Positions 57,990-64,000 of a stretch of 64,000 nucleotides of DNA are shown here, piece by piece (positions within the stretch are counted from its first letter, which is position 1; each line of letters opens with the position of its first letter). A program made the position numbers and the translations under genes. Source of the DNA: Longimicrobiales bacterium (GTDB lineage: Bacteria; Gemmatimonadota; Gemmatimonadetes; Longimicrobiales; Gaopeijiaceae); contig OZ241892.1 in assembly GCA_965203485.1 (NCBI GenBank), positions 205,786 to 269,785 of the forward strand, in the 5' to 3' direction. The notes under the pieces are model-generated. The model searched no databases, was not told where the DNA came from, and worked only from the letters and a program-made list of their open reading frames with translations.

Positions 57990-59986
57990 GGCTCCGCCCG
58001 CTCGATGCCGACCAGCGGCACGACGACCTCCTCCAACGACGCGCCGCCGTGGGCGACCACTCGCTTCCCCTTGCGAACGAACGCGGAGCGCCCGGGAGCC
58101 AGCAGGGGCAGGTAGTCCTGGGGCAGGCCCGCCGTCGGCCACGGCCGGGCGTCCGGGAACTCGGCGGCGGCCCGCGTGCGCAACGTCGCGCTGGGATAGA
58201 CGTGGACACGCTTGCCCCGAAGGTCGGCGACTCCTCCGGTGGCTGGAAGGCCGCAACCCGTCGCTTCGACGTTGCCGTGGTCGGAGGCGAGCCAGACTCG
58301 GAAGCCGTTGTCCAGGAGCAGGTCGAGGAGCGTGGCCAAGTAGGGCTCCCGCGCCCACTGACGGACTTGGCCGTGCATTCCGCGGGCGCCGAGCTCCATG
58401 CCGTGCATGATCTTGTCCACCGTGTCCACGACCAGTCCTGCGGCCCGCACTCGCGGACGAGAGATCAGGTCGGCGACGGCCTCCGGCGAACCGGCGCCCA
58501 GGTTCTTCCGGTAGACGGCGGCGTCGGCGGCCAGGCCGCGCCCGGTCCAGTACTGACGCCACAGCGCCGGCTCTCGATCCGTGGAGTCGATGCTGCCCGG
58601 CGGGAAGTAGAAGGGCGGCTTCCCGGCGAACGCGGCTTGGCGCGACACGGACGTGATCGTGGGAATCCAGGCGAAGACGGCCCCTTCCCGGAAGCGGTAG
58701 GCGGGCCGACGGCGGGCCAGCTCCTCGCGCACCACGACCCATTGGTCCATTGACAGGCCGTCCACGACCAGCAGGGCGGCCTTGTGCTCCGGCGCGTCGT
58801 CCAAGTGTCGCGCAAGTACGCGCGGCACGTGGTGCAGCATGACGGGCGGAGAAGGCGGCAGGTTGGCCAAGCCCGCATAGCGACGCCCCAGCCACTCGGC
58901 GAAGGCGGCGTCGACGCGGTCGTGGAGCGCGGCAAGGTTCGGCTCGGTCGTGTCGGCGGCTTCGCGTTCCGGGGACAGGGCGAGTGCCCGAGCTTCCGCC
59001 CATGTGCGGGCGAAGCGTAGCCAATCGCCGTAGCGCGCGTCCGGGTCGGGCAGGGCGTCGGCCGCCGCGTCGAGCAGGCGTTCCAGGTGCTGCGCGTCGG
59101 CGTCGTCGCCCGAGGTCCGCACTCCGGACGCAACCCAACTATCGGCGAAGGTGTCGGCGGCCGCGTGATCGACCGGTCGCAGAAACCCCTCCCGGAACAG
59201 GTTGTCGATGTAGACGCGAACGTCGTCGTGGTCGAAGGGCAGATTCGCCGGCCCTGGGTAGGCGAAGTTGTGGTCGTGCTCCTCCGGCGTTGTCTGGGAC
59301 TCGGCGGCACGGCCGAGGAAGCGAAGCCAGCGTTCTTGAAGGAACGCGAAAAAAGCGTCCGGGTCCGGCACGATCTGCTCCAGGGGCCAGTCCTCGAAGT
59401 GGCCGTCCCGGCGGAGAATCCAAACCAGGCGCTCGCCCAGCGGTGGCGGAATCGACTGGCCGCCGTGATGGATGCGGAGCAGAGCGCGAAGCAGACTCGG
59501 AGGTTCGCGCACGAGTTCGGAGGCGATCCCGAAGACATGGCGAAGAATGAAGTCCTTGGTCGCATTGTCGCCCAGAACGCCCGGCGGCTTGCCTTCCACG
59601 GCGTCGTAGAGTGCATCGAGTTGCGTGGGATCGAGTGTCGCCACGACCGTCCGGCTCAGGGCGGGGAACAGCGCGTCGAGTCCGAGGGTCAGCGATCTCC
59701 CGGCTTGGACTACGTCGTAGGGCAGATTGGCGGCATCAAGAACGTCCATCCTCGCCACGACGACGGCCTCGATCGGCTTGCCGTCGTCCCAGTAGCGTCG
59801 GCATCTCGACTCGTAGGCGTATCGAAACGCCACGGGTTCATCGAAGACCAGCACCTCGAAGCCCCGGTGCCGAAGCTCGGCAAGGACGGCCTCGTCCAGC
59901 ACCAAGCCGTCGGGGTCGGATACGACGGTCAGCCGGGAAGCTCCCGGTGGGAACTCCTTGAGGACACGGTCGCGCCAGTTGTTCAC
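57986..59986 (-). CDS. pglZ: PglZ-domain alkaline-phosphatase-superfamily protein (BREX-type)
   Basis: GTG start. The N-terminus 'RLTVVSDPDGLVLDEAVLAELRHRGFEVLVFDEPVAFRYAYE' is followed by PglZ core blocks 'ALLVVDGLSMDQW', 'PTITSVSRQAAFAG', 'VDTVDKIMHG', 'LASDHGN', 'HGGASLEEVVVP'. Confidence 0.9.
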   Translation of the reverse strand: MNNWRDRVLKEFPPGASRLTVVSDPDGLVLDEAVLAELRHRGFEVLVFDEPVAFRYAYESRCRRYWDDGKPIEAVVVARMDVLDAANLPYDVVQAGRSLTLGLDALFPALSRTVVATLDPTQLDALYDAVEGKPPGVLGDNATKDFILRHVFGIASELVREPPSLLRALLRIHHGGQSIPPPLGERLVWILRRDGHFEDWPLEQIVPDPDAFFAFLQERWLRFLGRAAESQTTPEEHDHNFAYPGPANLPFDHDDVRVYIDNLFREGFLRPVDHAAADTFADSWVASGVRTSGDDADAQHLERLLDAAADALPDPDARYGDWLRFARTWAEARALALSPEREAADTTEPNLAALHDRVDAAFAEWLGRRYAGLANLPPSPPVMLHHVPRVLARHLDDAPEHKAALLVVDGLSMDQWVVVREELARRRPAYRFREGAVFAWIPTITSVSRQAAFAGKPPFYFPPGSIDSTDREPALWRQYWTGRGLAADAAVYRKNLGAGSPEAVADLISRPRVRAAGLVVDTVDKIMHGMELGARGMHGQVRQWAREPYLATLLDLLLDNGFRVWLASDHGNVEATGCGLPATGGVADLRGKRVHVYPSATLRTRAAAEFPDARPWPTAGLPQDYLPLLAPGRSAFVRKGKRVVAHGGASLEEVVVPLVGIERAEP

Positions 59987-60143
59987 AACCCTCGAGTGCT
60001 ACCAGTCACGAAGTTTCCAGAATCCGACGAGGATGATCCATCAGACTATTCGCGCCATGGGCAAGATCTGCAGTCGAAATCCCGCCTACGCCTATCCGGG
60101 GCGGTCAGTGCTTTGGTGTTCTGCACGGAAGTTCCTTGACGTG

Positions 60144-61097
60144 CTACCGTAGCCTGGGCAACGCCGTCAACCGCTTGCGCGCCCAATCCTCCACCTCTGC
60201 CCTTCGGCCGCCTTCCAGGTAGCCGTCCGGCCCGCCTTTGAGCAATCGTGCTCGATCGAGCACGATGGCGTGATCCATGCGTCGAAAATACCGGATGTAC
60301 TCTCCGTCCCTCGCCCACCACCAGGGAACCGCAAATGCCGGCACAGGTCTGGCGTTCCACTGAACGAGTTCGTTCCATCTATCGACCGGCACTCTGTCCT
60401 TTGCCATCCAGTTCCTCCCGGTTGCGCACTGGATCAGGAATACGACGGACCCTGCGGCACTCCCGCCCACTGCATGGCGCGCGGCGACGTCTAATCCGAT
60501 GTCCTTGTCGTACGGTTCCACCCTTTTGCCGAGATTATGAGGTTTCAGTCCCAACTCTTGCGCAAAATGCTCAATTCTGTCGCGAACGCTAGACGGCGTG
60601 CCTTCGTCAGGCGGCCAGCCGAACCGTGCTGCCCTCCCTCCCAGAAGCCCCGTAGCCGACGCGGCGACAACATGCTCAAACAACTTCGCCAACTCTTCTC
60701 CCTCGCCGCGCCCGTAATGGCCTGCCGTCGCCGCAAGCAAGAGAAAGGCGAAACTCGGACACGACTTCAAGTCGCTGATCGTTTCCAAGGTGCTGTTGTG
60801 GACGGCTAACGGATACTGATCGCCAAGAAACGTCTTGCGGCTCCTCAGTTCGGCCCATGTGTCTTCTTCGAGTCGATTCAGGTCGTTGGCGTCACCCGAG
60901 TCGGTGTAGTCGTACAACCCGGCATCACGATACGCCGTTGCAACATGCTCGCGAGAGAGGACCTCGCCGTCTGCCAACGCGCACAACTCGACCCAGTCCG
61001 CAATGACATTGACGGAGTTCGTGTCTCTGCCCGGAAGGTTGGATGGAAGTTCAATCATCTCCGAAATACTTGTTTCTGACGTTGGGAAAATGCTCAA
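60144..61097 (-). CDS. Hypothetical protein, possible Mrr/PD-(D/E)xK-like nuclease fold
   Basis: 317 aa with lower G+C; an alternative start at 61058 overlaps the upstream stop by 8 nt. 'FEHVV...DKDIGLDVAARHA...SVVFLIQCATGRNW' loosely follows an E...D...(E/Q)xK-type layout, but the lysine is absent. Confidence 0.5.
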   Translation of the reverse strand: MSIFPTSETSISEMIELPSNLPGRDTNSVNVIADWVELCALADGEVLSREHVATAYRDAGLYDYTDSGDANDLNRLEEDTWAELRSRKTFLGDQYPLAVHNSTLETISDLKSCPSFAFLLLAATAGHYGRGEGEELAKLFEHVVAASATGLLGGRAARFGWPPDEGTPSSVRDRIEHFAQELGLKPHNLGKRVEPYDKDIGLDVAARHAVGGSAAGSVVFLIQCATGRNWMAKDRVPVDRWNELVQWNARPVPAFAVPWWWARDGEYIRYFRRMDHAIVLDRARLLKGGPDGYLEGGRRAEVEDWARKRLTALPRLR

Positions 61098-62157
61098 GTA
61101 TCTGACTCATGAAGCGTGCACACCGCCGAGCACCTTCCACAACATCCTCGTTGGTCTTGTGTTCGGAAACAAGTGCCACAATCTCTTCGAGCTTGTAGGC
61201 GGCAGTGTGCATAGAATCACCCACGGACTGCGCTTCTCCACCGGATTTTTGCCATGCTCGGTCAAAGCTCGGTTTCTCAGCATTGCGCAAGTAACGGACT
61301 GCAGTAGGTGATTCAAGGATCTGGCCCCACTTGCTCAGCTGTCTGGAATCACTGACAACCGGTTTGAGTTCGTCGGTCCCGAAAGTCCATTCAACGAACT
61401 CACGAAAACGATCTTCATCGGCTTGCACTGGATTGCGTTGTGGTGCGCCTGTATATTCGACAGCGAGAAATCGGTTGATTCCAGGCGAATTGAGCGCACG
61501 AAGCAGAACCCCAAATCTGCTGTCCATCCGAGTGCTTCCAGGCACGCCCCGAGCGTGGGCTTGGCGCACTATCGTGTAGGCAACGTGATGTCGCTCCACG
61601 TGCTTCGCATAGGAGCCCAATCGATCTGCCACTCTCTTGAAGTCCCAATCATGATCCTCGACTAAAGCGGATATGAATCCAGCTTTTTCGTAAGCCGGCC
61701 ACTTCAAGACGCCTGTAACGTGACGAAAGCCAATGAACGCGGAGAGTTTGTGATCGTCCCTGGCATCGAACACCTCAACAGGCACCTGGCTGATCTGCCG
61801 TCTCTGGTCACGGGAGAGACGATTCGCGAAGTTCTTCCACTTGGCGTATTGCTTATGATCCTTCGCCAAGTCGGGGTCGAGCAGCAACTTCAGAGTTGCG
61901 ACCCGGCGATTGCCCTCTGCGATCACGACTTTCGCCGCGTCGGCGTCGGACGGAAACCCGACCAACGGATCAAACGTCAAGTATCCGCTCGACAGAATGG
62001 ACTCGGCCAGTTCCTCGAGCTTGAATCGGTCGATCAGCAATCGGAGCGTCTCCGCCTGGGGCTTGCCTCGTTCCGACGTTGCGAACCGGGGGTTTTGGGG
62101 GTCGAGTTGGAGGTCGACGGGAGAATGGTCTTGGAGCCTTGGAGTATTTGGAGTCAT
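61051..62157 (-). CDS. ParB/Sulfiredoxin-fold (ParB N-terminal-like) domain protein
   Basis: ATGA overlap with the methyltransferase stop. 'VDLQLDPQNPRF', 'SILSSGYLTFDPLVG' and 'VVIAEGNRRVATLKLL' are ParB-N-like. The roughly 250-aa C-terminal region is unassigned. Confidence 0.7.
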   Translation of the reverse strand: MTPNTPRLQDHSPVDLQLDPQNPRFATSERGKPQAETLRLLIDRFKLEELAESILSSGYLTFDPLVGFPSDADAAKVVIAEGNRRVATLKLLLDPDLAKDHKQYAKWKNFANRLSRDQRRQISQVPVEVFDARDDHKLSAFIGFRHVTGVLKWPAYEKAGFISALVEDHDWDFKRVADRLGSYAKHVERHHVAYTIVRQAHARGVPGSTRMDSRFGVLLRALNSPGINRFLAVEYTGAPQRNPVQADEDRFREFVEWTFGTDELKPVVSDSRQLSKWGQILESPTAVRYLRNAEKPSFDRAWQKSGGEAQSVGDSMHTAAYKLEEIVALVSEHKTNEDVVEGARRCARFMSQILEHFPNVRNKYFGDD

Positions 62158-63524
62158 GCGGATGCGAGCCTGGGAGAAAGGGGCCGGGGGCCCCGGCCGG
62201 GTCCGGGGTGAGCACGATGGTCCATCTCGAGGCGAAGGTAGCCGCGAGGCACGGGATGTGTCGGCTCCGGCAAGGGCACGGTTGGTTTGCGGGGAATGGC
62301 TAGGGCGGGGGTGCCCGAGTAGGTCATGGCCCAGAGCTGGCGTCCGAGGGCGCGACCAAGGACTTCGGCCAGGAGCGGAGGCGTGGCGTTTCCGATCTGC
62401 TGGACTTGCTGGCGATAGCCGCCTGTCAGTCGCCAGTTCCCCGGAAAGCTCTGGAGCCGCAACAACTCTGACGGCGCGAGACGACGGCTGGTCCAGTGAA
62501 ATGGGCCCGTGCCGGGTCCCGGAGTAGCGGGCAATGTCCACGAAGGAGAGTTCTTCGCGAGCTTCAGGAGAAACGACCAGTACCGAGTCCGATATCCGAA
62601 GAGATTTCGGCCGTCGCCCCTAGAGGTGTGCCATAGGTAGTTCTGGCCTTCCGGTATGGAGGGCAACAGATCCGCCCAACAGCCCGTCGCGGCCGGCCGT
62701 GCGCGAGGACGAAGGTGTCCGATGGCGTCCCAAGCACGGACGGGCAAATCGGCGTGGGTCTTGTCGGGCCACGCGAACGACTTCGGGCCTCGAACCGCAA
62801 GCAGGAAACCTCGCCGACGAGCTTGCGGCACGCCGTAGTCGGCGGCATTGAGGATCGTGGAGTGAACGTGGTACGAGTCCCTACGGTTGCCGACGGCCTC
62901 CAGCGCATGTTGCAGAACGGGCAACATGGACGTGCGTCCCTTGATCAAGCCGGGCACGTTTTCCAGCAGAACCGCCCGGGGACGGAATGCATCCACGATT
63001 CGCAACAAGGCTTGCAGAGAACCTGCACGTGGATCCTCGCGGCCCCTGCGTCCGTTCTTCGTCCACTGCGCCGCCATCGAGAACGGTTGGCACGGTGGGC
63101 CAGCAGCAATCAGGTCGAGTTCTCCGCAAGCCATTTCGAGCGCAGCGGGCTTCAGTTCCCTGGCGGCGTCCTCGACCCTCCTGCAACCCGACAGAGTCCA
63201 GTTCGGCCGATTCCGGCGCAAGGTGGCACGGACCACAGGGTCCTGCTCCACACAGTGCACGGTGCGGAAGCCAGCGTTTTCCAACCCGAGATCCAGCCCG
63301 CCCATCCCCGTAAATAGAGACAGGACTCGTGGCCCACCTGCGTTCCTCCCGGTACGTCGGCTCTCCCTGCCAGGGAAAGCTACGGTACGCCTCGGGTCGC
63401 TCTGGGCCACGGTCTGCTTCAGGTCCGCCCGGAGGTCGGACTGGCAGGGGCGCAGGCGGCCAACGCGACGGCGGAACTCATGGCTGGCCTCCTCTTGTGG
63501 GGCTTTGGCGACTGAACGGAACAT
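62154..63524 (-). CDS. dcm: DNA (cytosine-5)-methyltransferase
   Basis: Motif I 'LSLFTGMGGLDLG', IV 'GPPCQPFS', VI 'LLENVPG', VIII 'QARRRGF', X 'GNATPP'. The ATG 63524 start is tentative. Confidence 0.9.
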   Translation of the reverse strand: MFRSVAKAPQEEASHEFRRRVGRLRPCQSDLRADLKQTVAQSDPRRTVAFPGRESRRTGRNAGGPRVLSLFTGMGGLDLGLENAGFRTVHCVEQDPVVRATLRRNRPNWTLSGCRRVEDAARELKPAALEMACGELDLIAAGPPCQPFSMAAQWTKNGRRGREDPRAGSLQALLRIVDAFRPRAVLLENVPGLIKGRTSMLPVLQHALEAVGNRRDSYHVHSTILNAADYGVPQARRRGFLLAVRGPKSFAWPDKTHADLPVRAWDAIGHLRPRARPAATGCWADLLPSIPEGQNYLWHTSRGDGRNLFGYRTRYWSFLLKLAKNSPSWTLPATPGPGTGPFHWTSRRLAPSELLRLQSFPGNWRLTGGYRQQVQQIGNATPPLLAEVLGRALGRQLWAMTYSGTPALAIPRKPTVPLPEPTHPVPRGYLRLEMDHRAHPGPGRGPRPLSPRLASA

Positions 63525-63855
63525 CGCCCGTGACGGTATCGTGGTCCGACGGAGCCTGGCCCCGCGTCCTCGGGCCGCGCCGTCTTCTCCACAAGATGAG
63601 CATGGCGAGGCAGACTGGGCAACCCTCCCTATTGGGCCGAGTCGGGCCTGCGGAGAGCATTCGGGCGGCACTACGGCCTGGAGTCGTCAGGAGATGCGCG
63701 TCCATGACGCCCTCCATCATGCTCCACGAAGGCATCGTCCCCTGCAGGCTAGTAGCCCCGTGGCAAAAGTCCCTTTGCCGGCGCTCCAGTTTGGGTAGGT
63801 TCGAGGGAGACGAGGAACCTCTCGAAGGAGGACGGCGATGGCGATGGGCAGGTAG

Positions 63856-64000
63856 CGTCGCGGGCCGGAGCAAGCGCTGTTCTTGGCGACCAGCGCGGCG
63901 GAGAATCCGTTCTATCGGGCCCTGAACGAGTTGCTGGACGAGAACGGCGTCGGCCCGTTCGCCGAGGACCTGTGCGAGGAGTTCTACGCGCTGTCGAGCG
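63856..64000 (+). other. Partial transposase-like reading frame (InsH/DUF772-type N-terminus) running off the window
   Basis: 'EQALFLATSAAENPFYRALNELLDENGVGPFAEDLCEEFYALS' resembles the N-terminal region of IS5/IS4-type transposases. No in-frame start codon is seen after the stop at 53853-55... (63853-63855). Confidence 0.35.

Overview
This is a high-G+C bacterial chromosomal segment. Composition was judged by eye, not computed. The gene content (GldA/GldF-GldG-like ABC system, type III glutamine synthetase, CarboxypepD_reg-type TonB receptor, many secreted zincins and lipoproteins) suggests a Gemmatimonadota-like organism, but that is a weak inference.

The backbone is ordinary:
- an AI-2E permease and an ABC-2 exporter;
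- a Tat-signal epimerase and an amidohydrolase lipoprotein;
- a Met-zincin and two leishmanolysin-like lipoproteins behind a Fic gene;
- thiC, an M14-like peptidase, and a split aconitase-X pair;
- glnN (GSIII) and a multicopper-oxidase operon;
- a TonB-dependent receptor and a gldA/gldFG/DUF4340 operon;
- a GMC oxidoreductase pair.

Two visibly lower-G+C accessory islands interrupt this backbone. Both are bordered by decayed genes.

Island 1 (about 33.6-40.5 kb) carries:
- an ABC-type ATPase + DUF4276 pair;
- a frameshifted vapBC-like toxin-antitoxin module;
- a chimeric ORF that fuses a truncated PglX/type-IIG N-terminus to a DUF5131 C-terminus;
- a tight three-gene operon of a TIR-like (DUF1863/ThsB-type) protein, a TIR protein and a stand-alone SLOG-like protein.

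This operon is my best candidate for an uncharacterised Thoeris-like signalling system, because no effector domain is fused to the sensor.

Island 2 (about 52.5-64 kb) sits behind a second Fic paralogue and carries:
- a type-III-Mod-like methyltransferase split by a 2.6-kb insertion;
- within that insertion, a low-G+C orphan with an Rx5H (HEPN-like) motif and an IS5-family element with TA target duplication;
- several pseudogenes;
- a PglZ gene translationally coupled to an unknown partner, with no BrxC and no intact PglX in the window;
- a translationally coupled trio of C5-cytosine methyltransferase, ParB/Srx-like protein and a possible PD-(D/E)xK-like protein.

I found no rRNA, tRNA or CRISPR array by eye. 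Many long ORFs in the track are high-G+C shadow ORFs and were not called. Frame disruptions are unusually frequent in and around the islands. They may be real decay or assembly indels, and the sequence alone cannot separate the two.
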